The translations under genes were made by a program, and so were the position numbers. The notes below the pieces were generated by a model, which was not told the DNA's origin, ran no database searches, and worked only from the letters and a program-made list of their open reading frames with translations. Below are positions 30,770 to 42,317 of a DNA stretch of 64,000 nt, in pieces. How positions within the stretch are numbered: the stretch's first letter is position 1; each line of letters opens with the position of its first letter. Source of the DNA: Escherichia coli (GTDB lineage: Bacteria > Pseudomonadota > Gammaproteobacteria > Enterobacterales > Enterobacteriaceae); NCBI RefSeq assembly GCF_003334765.1, contig NZ_QOWT01000006.1. The stretch is one strand, 5' to 3'.

Positions 30770-32425
30770 TTAACTCATCACGCGGTCGTCAACATACTGA
30801 CGTTTATCCGGCGCTGGCGGGAAATACTGATACAGCCATGTTTCACTGATAGCGTCCCCCTGACAACGTAGATACATCCGCATATCGACCGGATCAGTGG
30901 AGTCCGAAGTCGGATACCAGTCAAACTGAATACGATAACCATCGATGGGTTCAATATAGAGAATTTCGATTTGCTTCGCTTCCCCACTGGAAAGCGTAAT
31001 CACCGGCTCAATGCCTTTTGGCGCGGCAGCTTTCAGATCACCACCAACGAAATCGACGGCAAAACGACGCGCCCATTTTTCGGGATAGTGTTCACCTGGC
31101 GCCCAACCTTCCGAGAAACCGCCCATGCCGGTACGCGTCGCCATAACGCGCGCTAATGGGCAATGAACAGGCGGTTGCGCACTCCAGTACAGACGATACT
31201 GGAATGCAAACTCATCACCTGCTTTTACAGCTTTTTCTGGCTGCCAGAAGCAGACAATGTTATCCAGCGTTTCGCCCGTTGTTGGGATTTCCATCAGGCC
31301 GATGGTGCCCTTACCCCACTTGTTACGCGGTTCCACCCACAGACTTGGGCGTTTGTTATACCAGCCCATAATGTCCTGATAATGGGAGAAGTCACGATCC
31401 AGTTGCAATAAACCAAACCCTTTCGGGTTGTTGTCGGTGTAAGCATTGAACTGCAATTTTTGCGGATTATTCAGCGGACGGCAAATCCACTCGCCGTTGC
31501 CCCGCCACATGGACAGACGATCAGAGTCATGAATTTGCGGATGAATTGTATCGCACATCCGACGTTCATTAGTACCGCAGCTGAACATACTGGTCATCGG
31601 CGCAATGCCCAGCTGTTTAATGTCTTTGCGCGCATACAGGTGATTTTCCACATCCATAATCACCTGACTTTTCTCACAATGGATAGTGAACTTATAGGCA
31701 CCAGTAATGCTGGCGCTATCGAGCAACGCATAAACGGTAAAGGTAGTTGCCCCCGGTTTTACCGTATCAAACCAGAAGGCGGTAAAGTCGGGGAACTCTT
31801 CTTTACTGTCGGTGTAAGTGTCGATCGCCAGGCCGCGGGCCGACAAACCGTATTGATATGTATCATCAACGGCGCGGAAATAACTCGCGCCGAGAAATGA
31901 TACTACATCACGGCGCGCCAGTTCGGGGGCTTTAAACACGCGAAAACCGGCAAAGCCGAGATCGCTTTGCCCTTCTAATTGTTTTGTATCAACACCTGCA
32001 TCGTTGTATTTGAACAACTCCGGGCGAAAGTGAATTTCACGCGCCAGATGTGTTGCTGGATCTACAGAAAACATACGAACGCGGCGACGGAATCCCATTC
32101 CCATATGGAAGAACTGAGCGTCCAGTTGACGGTTCTCAACGTTATGCCAGAGCGATTTTTCGGCGTCGTATTGAATACTGTTATAAGCCTGCGGCGTCAT
32201 TGTCGCCAGCGTGTCAGGTAACGGACGAGGCGCACCACGCCACGCTGTTTGCGCTAAGTCGTGCGCCATTGACTGTAGAATGGAGAAGTCAAAACGCTGG
32301 GTTTGCCCGTCGGCAATATCAGAATCTGCCGCGAATGCCGCCTGAGAAAAAAGAGAAGCAATGCCGCTGGTACCGCACACGGCGGCCATAGCCATTGAAC
32401 CTTTAATAAATCGTCTACGATCCAT
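30770..32425 (-). CDS. opgD: periplasmic osmoregulated glucan biosynthesis protein D (Tat-exported)
   Basis: 551-aa ORF with a twin-arginine signal ([18 protein letters not shown]...AFA). Confidence 0.9.
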   Translation of the reverse strand: MDRRRFIKGSMAMAAVCGTSGIASLFSQAAFAADSDIADGQTQRFDFSILQSMAHDLAQTAWRGAPRPLPDTLATMTPQAYNSIQYDAEKSLWHNVENRQLDAQFFHMGMGFRRRVRMFSVDPATHLAREIHFRPELFKYNDAGVDTKQLEGQSDLGFAGFRVFKAPELARRDVVSFLGASYFRAVDDTYQYGLSARGLAIDTYTDSKEEFPDFTAFWFDTVKPGATTFTVYALLDSASITGAYKFTIHCEKSQVIMDVENHLYARKDIKQLGIAPMTSMFSCGTNERRMCDTIHPQIHDSDRLSMWRGNGEWICRPLNNPQKLQFNAYTDNNPKGFGLLQLDRDFSHYQDIMGWYNKRPSLWVEPRNKWGKGTIGLMEIPTTGETLDNIVCFWQPEKAVKAGDEFAFQYRLYWSAQPPVHCPLARVMATRTGMGGFSEGWAPGEHYPEKWARRFAVDFVGGDLKAAAPKGIEPVITLSSGEAKQIEILYIEPIDGYRIQFDWYPTSDSTDPVDMRMYLRCQGDAISETWLYQYFPPAPDKRQYVDDRVMS

Positions 32426-32649
32426 ACCTGAAAGTGAGTCCTTCTGGTGTTGTGAATGGTCCCGCGCTGGTCGTTTTCAGCGGCAAGAAAGTGCTTATTT
32501 ATGACCGCTCACTCTAGACAATATTTATTAATAATCCAATTGTTGAACTGAGAGAATATGCATAAATCGGCATTTTTTTTATGTCGATGGGATGAGCCTG
32601 ATTCGTTTGTAAAATCAGGCAAATTTTTGCAAAGGCGGATGGTCAGATT

Positions 32650-33993
32650 TTAAAGCAAACCACAGCGACGTTTACTGCGTTCTTCCGCTTCCTGGTAAAG
32701 CTGGAACTCATCCAAAACCGGACAACCCAACGCCTGCTCAAATGCTTCGCGACTGGCATTACCGTGACTGCGTGTCTGCGTTTCATTACCCAGATTTGAC
32801 TGGAAGATCCCCGCCGCGCTAACGGGCAAGAAATCTTCATAGGTGATGGGTTGCGCCACTACCCAACCACGTTCAATTAAGGGCTGTGGATCGTCTCCAG
32901 GATGAATCGCCTGACGATGCGCCTCACCCGAAGGCGTCAGACGGTACCGGAACCATGCCAACCCTTGCTGACGCATTAAAAACTCACTGTCAGGAAAAGT
33001 GCGGAAGGTTTCCTGTAAATGCATTTGGTGAGTGAGATTATCCTGCCCGGTTCCAGCGTTACGCAGAAGATCATCATACAGTTGTCGCCCTTTCGGCGTT
33101 AATGCCACGCCACGCTGCTCAATTTCACCAAAGCGCGCGGTATGCGTGCCCTGTTTCTGCCCCGCAAACAACACCGTCTCTTCCAGTGCTTTAAAGCTGG
33201 TCTGGCGTAGTAAAATCGGTACCTCGCGGCGCGGCGGCCCCTCGATGAGAATTTTGGGTTCAATTCCGCATTCAGGCATCATCGACTGCACCCGGTCAAT
33301 ATCCAGCGTACGTGGCGTCAGGTGGTTGATATGGCATCCAGGAAAACAGACCACATCAGCAATCAACCGATGTTCGTTGTGCAATGCGCGATAGGTTTCT
33401 TCATCTACCGTTGCTGACTGGTGCCAGCGAAACGTTTCCAGGGCTTCCTGCACAAACTCCTGTGCCTGTGTTTCGTTAAAACCGCCCTGCTGCTCATATT
33501 CCTCTAACAGTTGTCGACAACGTGGGGTGAAGATATCGCGCTGACGCAGAATCTCCGCCGCTTTCTGGCGCAAAATTTCGTTCTCGATAAGCTCAAGGCG
33601 GAGTAAGGAGGTAAAAACGCGGAAGGGATTACGCGCCAGAGAAGCATCATCAATGGGCCGAAATGCTGTCGAATGTACCGGCACCCCTGCCTGCGAGAGA
33701 TCGTAATAGCTCACCGGGTACATCCCCATAATGGCAAACATCCGCCGAAGAGTAGCAAGCTCTTGTGCAGTCCCAACGCGAATCGCCCCATGACGTTCAA
33801 CATTCAGTCGCGCCAGCTCGTCTGCATTTACCATTTTTTCGTGCAGTTGAGGATTGTTTTCCAGCACAGCCAGATTCACATCAGCTACCAGTTCCAGCAG
33901 CGTGCCATATTGCGGAACTTCTTGCTGGTACATGGCTGACATTGCCTGCGAAAACTGTTCCCGAATCTCATCCGCCGTGATGCTGTTCGCCAT
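32650..33993 (-). CDS. ydcJ: DUF1338-family metalloenzyme-like protein (putative 2-oxoadipate dioxygenase/decarboxylase family)
   Basis: 447-aa ORF; the family assignment is from recollection of YdcJ as a DUF1338 member, not from a motif I can verify here. Confidence 0.75.
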   Translation of the reverse strand: MANSITADEIREQFSQAMSAMYQQEVPQYGTLLELVADVNLAVLENNPQLHEKMVNADELARLNVERHGAIRVGTAQELATLRRMFAIMGMYPVSYYDLSQAGVPVHSTAFRPIDDASLARNPFRVFTSLLRLELIENEILRQKAAEILRQRDIFTPRCRQLLEEYEQQGGFNETQAQEFVQEALETFRWHQSATVDEETYRALHNEHRLIADVVCFPGCHINHLTPRTLDIDRVQSMMPECGIEPKILIEGPPRREVPILLRQTSFKALEETVLFAGQKQGTHTARFGEIEQRGVALTPKGRQLYDDLLRNAGTGQDNLTHQMHLQETFRTFPDSEFLMRQQGLAWFRYRLTPSGEAHRQAIHPGDDPQPLIERGWVVAQPITYEDFLPVSAAGIFQSNLGNETQTRSHGNASREAFEQALGCPVLDEFQLYQEAEERSKRRCGLL

Positions 33994-34209
33994 AGTGTCT
34001 GCCTCCAGTGGTCAGTAATCTGGAGTGTAGGTAACCGCATTCACTCTTGCGGGAAGAATTTACAAACTGTGATCTCGCCGCGAAAACATCAATATTATCC
34101 ATTTTGCTGTAACATAATTGCTTTAATTGTTAATAATATTTTGCAATCAAGTTATCATAATCAAACAACTTCACTTGTCAGCGACACCGCTTCGTTTTTA
34201 ACATCGCTT

Positions 34210-35133
34210 ATGGAAAAAAATAGTCTGTTTAGTCAGCGCATCCGTTTGCGCCACCTTCATACATTCGTAGCTGTCGCACAACAAGGAACTTTGGGGCGCG
34301 CGGCTGAAACCCTTAATTTGAGTCAACCTGCGCTCTCTAAGACATTGAATGAACTGGAGCAGCTGACTGGCGCTCGCTTGTTTGAGCGTGGTCGTCAGGG
34401 GGCGCAACTTACCTTACCCGGCGAACAATTTTTAACGCATGCAGTCAGAGTTCTTGACGCCATCAACACTGCCGGACGGTCGCTTCATCGTAAAGAAGGT
34501 CTTAATAATGATGTCGTCAGGGTTGGTGCACTACCTACTGCGGCACTGGGGATATTACCTTCGGTTATAGGTCAGTTTCATCAGCAACAAAAAGAGACGA
34601 CCTTGCAAGTTGCGACAATGAGTAACCCTATGATTCTGGCGGGTTTAAAAACCGGGGAAATCGATATCGGCATTGGTCGGATGTCAGATCCTGAACTGAT
34701 GACCGGGCTTAATTACGAACTGCTGTTTCTTGAATCGTTGAAGCTGGTTGTCCGCCCTAATCACCCGCTACTTCAGGAGAACGTAACGCTAAGCCGGGTG
34801 CTGGAATGGCCGGTCGTTGTATCACCAGAAGGCACTGCGCCACGCCAGCATTCAGATGCATTAGTGCAGAGCCAGGGCTGTAAAATTCCTTCGGGTTGTA
34901 TCGAAACGCTGTCTGCTTCGCTATCTCGTCAACTTACGGTTGAATACGATTACGTGTGGTTTGTCCCTTCTGGCGCTGTAAAAGACGACCTGCGTCATGC
35001 CACGCTGGTGGCCCTGCCTGTTCCGGGACATGGTGCAGGCGAACCGATTGGAATACTGACCCGCGTAGATGCGACGTTCTCTTCTGGTTGCCAGTTGATG
35101 ATTAACGCTATTCGAAAATCAATGCCGTTCTGA
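34210..35133 (+). CDS. ydcI: LysR-family transcriptional regulator
   Basis: 307 codons from the internal ATG at 34210 (MEKNSLFSQRIRLRHLHTFVAVAQQGTLGRAAETLNLSQPALSKTL...); classic LysR HTH. Confidence 0.8.
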   Translation: MEKNSLFSQRIRLRHLHTFVAVAQQGTLGRAAETLNLSQPALSKTLNELEQLTGARLFERGRQGAQLTLPGEQFLTHAVRVLDAINTAGRSLHRKEGLNNDVVRVGALPTAALGILPSVIGQFHQQQKETTLQVATMSNPMILAGLKTGEIDIGIGRMSDPELMTGLNYELLFLESLKLVVRPNHPLLQENVTLSRVLEWPVVVSPEGTAPRQHSDALVQSQGCKIPSGCIETLSASLSRQLTVEYDYVWFVPSGAVKDDLRHATLVALPVPGHGAGEPIGILTRVDATFSSGCQLMINAIRKSMPF

Positions 35134-35170
35134 AAGGTGAAGGGATCTGTCGATCCCTCCTTGAACATTT

Positions 35171-36811
35171 TCACACCGTAGCGAAACTAACTGGTTCACC
35201 CGCTCCGCGAGGTTCTGCCGACACAGAATGTTTGTGCAGACGGAATACATCCACCGCCTCAGTTAATCGTGCCGCCTGTTCTTCAAGGGACACCGCCGCC
35301 GCTGAGGCCTCTTCTACCAGAGAAGCATTCTGTTGCGTCACCTTATCCATTTCAGAAATCGCCTGGCTAACCTGCGTTATGCCTCTACTTTGTTCATCCG
35401 AGGCGGCGGCGATTTCCTGCATGATATGTGTGACACTCGCGACGGCATCAACAATAGTGCTCATGGTTTTCCCGGCCGTTGCCACCTCATCCGACCCCAG
35501 GTCAATTAACCTGACTGATTCACTGATCAAGCCTTCAATCTCTTTCGCCGCCTGAGCGCTGCGACTTGCGAGTGTCCGTACTTCGCTGGCGACAACGGCA
35601 AATCCACGCCCTTGCTCACCCGCTCGCGCGGCTTCAACGGCAGCATTCAGTGCCAGAATATTCGTCTGGAAAGCAATACTGTTGATGACGGCGGTGATCT
35701 CAGAAATTTTCTTCGAACTCGTGGAGATAGCGCCCATCGTTTTTACTACACCGGAAACCGTCTGCCCGCCATCGCTGGCTTTAATAGAAGCCTCTTGCGC
35801 CAGTTTGCTGGCATGATGCGCGTTATCCGCATTCTGTTTCACCGTCGCAGTGAGTTGCTCCATGCTGGCGGCAGTTTGTTCGATAGCCGCCGCTTGTTCT
35901 TCGGTGCGAGATGACAGGTCCGCATTGCCAGCTGAAATTTCGCTGGTGCCACGATAAATCTCTTCCGCGCCCTGTCGAACAGTCCCTACTGTCATCCCCA
36001 GTGAATGCTGCATTTGCTGTAAATGACGACTTAAGCGACCGATTTCATTACGACCCGCCGGTTCATCATTCATCGTCAGATCGCCACTGGCGATTTTTTC
36101 AATCCGTTGTGCGGCATGTTGCAGTGGACGAATGACGATCCGACGTAGCACCATAAATGTTATCAGCGTCATGACCAGGGCAAGCACAAACGCGCCAATC
36201 ATGAACATCCCACCCAGGCGGGTGCGCTGATGGGCCAGTTCCGCCAGTTGGTTGGCTCTGGTGCTACGTATCTTAACGGCTTTGTTCAAAATATCGGTAT
36301 AAGCATTATCCAGCGGTCGGATCTGCTCACTTTCATGATTGATAATCGCTTCAAACATGCCATTTTTGGCATATTTCAACATAGGTTGCATACCCGTGAT
36401 ATAAGCCTGAAAGCGTTGATTTAATTCAGTGTCGAGGGCTTCATCAGCAGGTGTTTTCACCGGTCGATTCTGATAAGCACGATAACCTTGCTGCGACTGT
36501 TTAATCTCCGATTCGGCTTGCGCAATATTTCGCTTCATTGCTTCCATTTCCGCAATACGACTCGCAGCCCCGGCCTGAATCATATTGATCCGGGCTGAAC
36601 GCAAAAAATCTGAACTGTTCGCTAACCCGGTCCGAATCTCAATCTCCGCAGTAACATCACGCTGATCGCGATCGGCCTGCCAGAGGAAATAGCCAGCCAG
36701 GGCTGAACTTAATGCGAATAGAACTAAGATACCGCCTAGAATGCAGGCAAATAACGGAACCAACCTGATGTGATGCAAAAAACCTAATCGCTGTGAGGGA
36801 GTTGTATTCAT
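35171..36811 (-). CDS. trg: methyl-accepting chemotaxis protein III (ribose/galactose sensor)
   Basis: 546-aa ORF with two TM segments, a HAMP domain and a conserved methyl-accepting signalling domain. Confidence 0.9.
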   Translation of the reverse strand: MNTTPSQRLGFLHHIRLVPLFACILGGILVLFALSSALAGYFLWQADRDQRDVTAEIEIRTGLANSSDFLRSARINMIQAGAASRIAEMEAMKRNIAQAESEIKQSQQGYRAYQNRPVKTPADEALDTELNQRFQAYITGMQPMLKYAKNGMFEAIINHESEQIRPLDNAYTDILNKAVKIRSTRANQLAELAHQRTRLGGMFMIGAFVLALVMTLITFMVLRRIVIRPLQHAAQRIEKIASGDLTMNDEPAGRNEIGRLSRHLQQMQHSLGMTVGTVRQGAEEIYRGTSEISAGNADLSSRTEEQAAAIEQTAASMEQLTATVKQNADNAHHASKLAQEASIKASDGGQTVSGVVKTMGAISTSSKKISEITAVINSIAFQTNILALNAAVEAARAGEQGRGFAVVASEVRTLASRSAQAAKEIEGLISESVRLIDLGSDEVATAGKTMSTIVDAVASVTHIMQEIAAASDEQSRGITQVSQAISEMDKVTQQNASLVEEASAAAVSLEEQAARLTEAVDVFRLHKHSVSAEPRGAGEPVSFATV

Positions 36812-36850
36812 TACCGTTGTCTCTCGTCCAGGTTTACTCCTGATAGAAAG

Positions 36851-36877
36851 TCATCGGCACTTGACGGTAATTACTTA
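36851..36877 (-). promoter_or_regulatory. candidate sigma-28 (FliA) promoter of trg
   Basis: Minus-strand TAAGTAAT-N11-GCCGATGA against consensus TAAAGTTT-N11-GCCGATAA (-10 element 7 of 8), positioned about 40 nt upstream of the trg ATG. Confidence 0.4.
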
Positions 36878-37099
36878 TGACCAAAAACCTCTTTGCGTCA
36901 CATTTTTACAACAATTATTGCATAGAAAATTAATGCTATTGGAATGAAGAGAGTAACGAATGGCTAAACTGGCTAACCCGAATGACGAAAAATTCTGGAA
37001 AACAGCACGCAATTTCGTGAAGTGATTATTTTCGTCCCTAAGGAAACCTCATAGGATGCCTGCGGGTGCCTGAGACTTTCTGTTTTCAGGCTAACCGGG

Positions 37100-37151
37100 A
37101 ATCAGAAAGACGAAGGCCCCGACCGATATTTCTATCAACCGAGGCCAACGA

Positions 37152-37170
<19 letters not shown>
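37100..37170 (-). ncRNA. sokB: expected position of the Sok-type antisense RNA of the hokB locus (approximate)
   Basis: Inferred from hok/sok family architecture (antisense RNA overlapping the mok translation start). No promoter or terminator could be resolved confidently, so the coordinates are approximate. Confidence 0.25.
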
Positions 37171-37359
<189 letters not shown>

Positions 37360-37365
37360 GGGCAA

Positions 37366-37390
37366 GCGCGGGGATTTTCCCCGCGCATTT
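37366..37390 (+). terminator. hairpin gcgcgggg-atttt-ccccgcgc plus ATTT downstream of hokB
   Basis: Perfect 8-bp GC stem seen directly, 7 nt after the hokB stop. Confidence 0.5.
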
Positions 37391-37430
37391 GACTAGCAGA
37401 TTCATTTTCTCATGGCACCCCTTTTACACT

Positions 37431-37604
37431 TCAGTTAGTGCATGTTTTTTTCGATGCACTAATAGAACCATCATTACAGACAAATTTGCCGCCTGCCGTA
37501 CAGTGTGAGATCCCCCCTTTCGAACCAGAACAGGGTTTGCGCCCGGCATCGGCATAAAAGGAAACAAGCGTTCCCATAAACAAAATAAGTGCCAGTTTTT
37601 TCAT
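37431..37604 (-). CDS. ydcA: small secreted protein of unknown function (57 aa)
   Basis: ATG at 37604 with a GGAGG Shine-Dalgarno; encodes MKKLALILFMGTLVSFYADAGRKPCSGSKGG... (signal peptide, Cys-rich). Confidence 0.6.
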   Translation of the reverse strand: MKKLALILFMGTLVSFYADAGRKPCSGSKGGISHCTAGGKFVCNDGSISASKKTCTN

Positions 37605-37774
37605 ATAACCTCCATGGTTTATCGAATCTTATGTTCGATTTGAACGTTATACGCTGGTTTATTTTGATACCGTTGATGAGATCAAAGATCGGGTGAATTG
37701 ATTAAAAATAAGCCAGATGGACGTATGGGCAAGGATTATGGTTTTATTTATCATACAAATAAATATAATAGGCG

Positions 37775-37838
37775 CTTCCGATGTAGACCCGTATTCTTCG
37801 CCTGTACCACGGGTCGGTTTTAGTACAGGCGTTTTCTT
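37775..37838 (+). ncRNA. rydC: RydC-like Hfq-dependent small RNA (about 64 nt)
   Basis: TATAAT -10 at 37764-37769, then cuuccgauguagacccguauucuucgccuguaccacgggucgguuuuaguacaggcguuuucuu with a 9-bp terminator stem (cgcctgtac / gtacaggcg) and U-tract. Lies in the ydcA-cybB intergenic region, where I recall RydC mapping in K-12. Confidence 0.65.
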
Positions 37839-37848
37839 TAAATATCCT

Positions 37849-38379
37849 TCAGGAACGTTTACGCGGCATCATGCGTAGAAGTGTGTTGTCCTTCCAGAAA
37901 TAGTGGTGTGCCAGTGCAGCCGCAGCGTGCAACCCGATGACAAAATATCCCAGATTCGCCAGCGTTTCATGCCACGACTTTAAGCTATCTACCCGTTCGA
38001 AATTGGCCTCTGAAGCGTAAGGCATCGTCAAACCAAACGCAAACCACGGGTTGCCCCGGTTATACATCATCACCAAACCAATCACTGGCAGCGCAATAAA
38101 CAGGAGATAAATCACCAAATGTCCCAAATGCGCCAGTCCCGTCATCATCGGTTTTGGCTTAGGTATAATCGGCGGGGTTGGGTATTTCAGCCTTAACAAA
38201 AGACGAACGACCATCAGCACGAGAATTGAGATGCCACAGGAAACATGAATCATGTTGATGAGTGGCCGATCGCTACGTGGGAAGAAACCACGAAACTCCA
38301 TTGCGCAATACGCTGCGATAACCAGTAAAAAGACCAGCCAGTGAATGCTGATTTGTAACCTTGAATATTTATTTTCCAT
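37849..38379 (-). CDS. cybB: cytochrome b561
   Basis: 176 codons from the internal ATG (MENKYSRLQISIHWLVF...); four TM helices with conserved His ligands. Confidence 0.85.
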   Translation of the reverse strand: MENKYSRLQISIHWLVFLLVIAAYCAMEFRGFFPRSDRPLINMIHVSCGISILVLMVVRLLLRLKYPTPPIIPKPKPMMTGLAHLGHLVIYLLFIALPVIGLVMMYNRGNPWFAFGLTMPYASEANFERVDSLKSWHETLANLGYFVIGLHAAAALAHHYFWKDNTLLRMMPRKRS

Positions 38380-38555
38380 AACATTTCCTGCTTTAACATA
38401 ATTTTCCGTTAACATAACGGGCTTTTCTCAAAATTTCATTAAATATTGTTCACCCGTTTTCAGTACGTTACGTTTCACTGTGAGAATGGAGATTGCCCAT
38501 CCCGCCATCCTGGTCTAAGCCTGGAAAGGATCAATTTTCATCCGAACGTTCCTGA

Positions 38556-39568
<1,013 letters not shown>

Positions 39569-39576
39569 CGCGCACA

Positions 39577-39604
39577 GGCGGAGGAAAAAACCTCCGCCTC
39601 TTTC
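39577..39604 (+). terminator. hairpin ggcggagg-aaaaaa-cctccgcc plus TCTTTC in the convergent gapC/aldA intergenic region
   Basis: Perfect 8-bp stem seen directly. Confidence 0.5.
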
Positions 39605-39609
39605 ACTCA

Positions 39610-41049
39610 TTAAGACTGTAAATAAACCACCTGGGTCTGCAGATATTCATGCAAGCCATGTTTACCATCTGCGCCGCCAATACCGGATTTACGCCATCCG
39701 GCGTGGAAGCCTTGCATAGCTTCGAAGTTTTCACGGTTGATGTAAGTTTCACCAAACTTCAGCCCTTTAATGGCTTTCATCGCGACGTTCAGATTTTGGG
39801 TATAGATTGATGAGGTCAGGCCGTAATCACTGTCATTAGCCATTGAGATAGCATCTTCCAGCGTGTCAAATGCGACAACTGGCAGCACCGGGCCAAAGGT
39901 TTCCTCATGCATAATCGACATTTCCTGGCGAACATCCAGCAGCAATGTCGGCGGATAATAATATCCTTTCCCCTCTACCGCTTTGCCACCGAACGCCACT
40001 CTCGCCCCTTCTTCTACTGCGCGCGCCACTTTTTGCTCGACCCTTTCCAGCGCCGCGGCGTTAATCAACGGCCCCATCGCAATGTCGTTGCGTTCAGCGG
40101 GGTTACCAAATTGAACCGCCTGCATCGCTTCACCCAGCCGATTGACGAACTGATCATAAATGCCTTTCTGTACATAAACACGTTCTGCACAGTTACACAC
40201 TTGCCCACTATTAATGACGCGTGAATCAACGATGGCTTTGACTGCCAGTTCAAGATCGGCATCGTCCATTACGATAGCTGGTGCTTTACCCCCCAATTCC
40301 AGACACACTTTGGTGATGTTTTTTGCCGCAGTCGCCATGATCTTCTCACCTGCAGAGACGCTGCCTGTCATACTGACCATTGCGACCTTTGGGTTACCCG
40401 CCAGTTCTTGCCCAACGGTTTCACCACGCCCCAGTACAAGGTTAAACACGCCGCGCGGAAGGCCTATTTCATCGACGATTTTGGCGAATGCAATCGCATT
40501 GTTTGGCGTAAATTCACTAGGTTTAATGACGATGGTATTACCGGTCAAAAGAGCGGGAGCCATTTTGCGGGCAATGAGGAAGAACGGGAAGTTCCACGGC
40601 AGAATGCCGGTAGTCACACCAAGCGCACGTTTAAACAAAAGAATATTTTCTCCTGGACGATCGCTTTGAATAATCTCGCCCTCGTAACGCCGTGCCCACT
40701 CCGCCATGTAATCGATATAGTCGGCAGTAAAAGCCACTTCGACTTCAGCCAGCTGCTGGATCTTGCCCCCTTCTTCAACAATCAGCGCACTGATTTCACT
40801 GGCGCGTTCGCGGATCCCGGCGGAGATTTTGCGCAACCAACTGGCGCGTTCAATAGCAGGCAACGCTTCCCATTCTGGTTGTGCACGTTCTGCTGCATCG
40901 ATTGCCTTACGGGCATCCTCGGCCTGACCATCGGGTATGCGGGAAATGACAGCCTCTGTAGCAGGGTTTACCACATCAATCCATGCGTCTCCACGCCAGG
41001 TAACAAACTGTCCATCGATATACATAGGATGTTGAACGGGTACTGACAT
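39610..41049 (-). CDS. aldA: lactaldehyde dehydrogenase (NAD-dependent aldehyde dehydrogenase A)
   Basis: 479-aa ORF with ALDH motifs ELGGKAP and GQVCNCAER. Confidence 0.9.
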   Translation of the reverse strand: MSVPVQHPMYIDGQFVTWRGDAWIDVVNPATEAVISRIPDGQAEDARKAIDAAERAQPEWEALPAIERASWLRKISAGIRERASEISALIVEEGGKIQQLAEVEVAFTADYIDYMAEWARRYEGEIIQSDRPGENILLFKRALGVTTGILPWNFPFFLIARKMAPALLTGNTIVIKPSEFTPNNAIAFAKIVDEIGLPRGVFNLVLGRGETVGQELAGNPKVAMVSMTGSVSAGEKIMATAAKNITKVCLELGGKAPAIVMDDADLELAVKAIVDSRVINSGQVCNCAERVYVQKGIYDQFVNRLGEAMQAVQFGNPAERNDIAMGPLINAAALERVEQKVARAVEEGARVAFGGKAVEGKGYYYPPTLLLDVRQEMSIMHEETFGPVLPVVAFDTLEDAISMANDSDYGLTSSIYTQNLNVAMKAIKGLKFGETYINRENFEAMQGFHAGWRKSGIGGADGKHGLHEYLQTQVVYLQS

Positions 41050-41245
41050 GGGCGACTCCTGTGATTTATATGTTTGTTTTCGGTGAATACATTGTTAATT
41101 AACATCAATCATCAGAGAGACGGCATCGTGAAAGGACAATTCTGTGAAGGGCTTCATAAAAACAAGTGTAAAAGGAATAAAAGGCAGAAATAAAAGTCAG
41201 GAGTCATGCCCGTTTGCAAACAAGTGGTTCACAAACGGGCAATTT

Positions 41246-42046
41246 TTAACGTAACGAGCGACTTTCCATCGCCTCGATGAGCACCGCATCATGTTTCAGC
41301 GTTTGCCATGCATGGATGACTTCTGCCGGAAAATCAACGTGAACGATAAAATCTCGCCCGCGGGGACCGTAGCCATCGCTATCATCGCGTAAACGCGGCA
41401 GCTCGCCAGTGAGTAGTGAGAGATAACGCTCAACTGGCCATAATCCTTGTAACTGATTAATAAAGATTACACTGTCTGCGTTATTTCCTAACTGAGGAAC
41501 GAATCCGGGATAACTTAACCAGCGTGGTGCATCGGGATTGTCCCCAGTCATACGGCGGAACGTCGCCATCGTGCGCCGCTGCATGGTGGGGTCCTGAACA
41601 ACGATAGCCGTATGAACTCGTTCTACGGCCTGATTCAATAGCGCGATGCTAAAGCGTGCGTTTTCACCGCAGTTTGTTGACTGGTCTTCAATCCAGATTT
41701 TTTCATGCGGAATGTGCCAGAACTGATGAGCGATATCCGCCAGGATGGTCGCTTCTGCTCTGCCAGTGGTGCGGATAGTGTTGTAGTGCGGATGCTGTGC
41801 GATGGCGCTATACAAAAAAGTTGTCGAGTGACCGATACCACCACTAATCAGTAAAGGAATTTGCTGATCGCGGGCAATCTTACATGCCGCATCGATAGTC
41901 GGCATAACCGCATTGCCTGCAAGGATCACGCAATCGGCCTGATACGGCACCTCACCGGAGAAATCATCCTGCGCCAGCCACTGTCCGATAACATTTATGG
42001 CATCTATAGTTGCCGGCGAAAGCGTCGGAAACGGGGTAATGTTCAT
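41246..42046 (-). CDS. ydcF: DUF218-family protein
   Basis: 266-aa ORF; synteny between aldA and hrpA. Confidence 0.8.
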
Positions 42047-42260
42047 GGTTCCTCCTTATCGTTCCCTTAAGAATACTGCGTGAGATAATAGTGAGAAGCG
42101 GAGCACTCTGAAAGGAGGAAATCGTATGTCCTTAACCGCCACTCCGCAAGCCTGACATATCTTTTAAGGAAATGCTGTAGATAAACATTATTCATCTTGC
42201 AGCAGAGAATTGTATTTTTCTGAATTCCTGAATTTTTACCCTTACCGTTTTAGAATTAAT

Positions 42261-42296
42261 AAAAAACCCGGCGCTAAATGCTTACCGGGTTTTTTC
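42261..42296 (-). terminator. bidirectional intrinsic terminator after hrpA
   Basis: aaaaaa-cccggcgctaaatgcttaccggg-ttttttc: hairpin flanked by an A-run and a T-run, 22 nt downstream of the hrpA stop. Confidence 0.55.
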
Positions 42297-42317
42297 TTTA
42301 TCAGGCAAATAGCAGGG

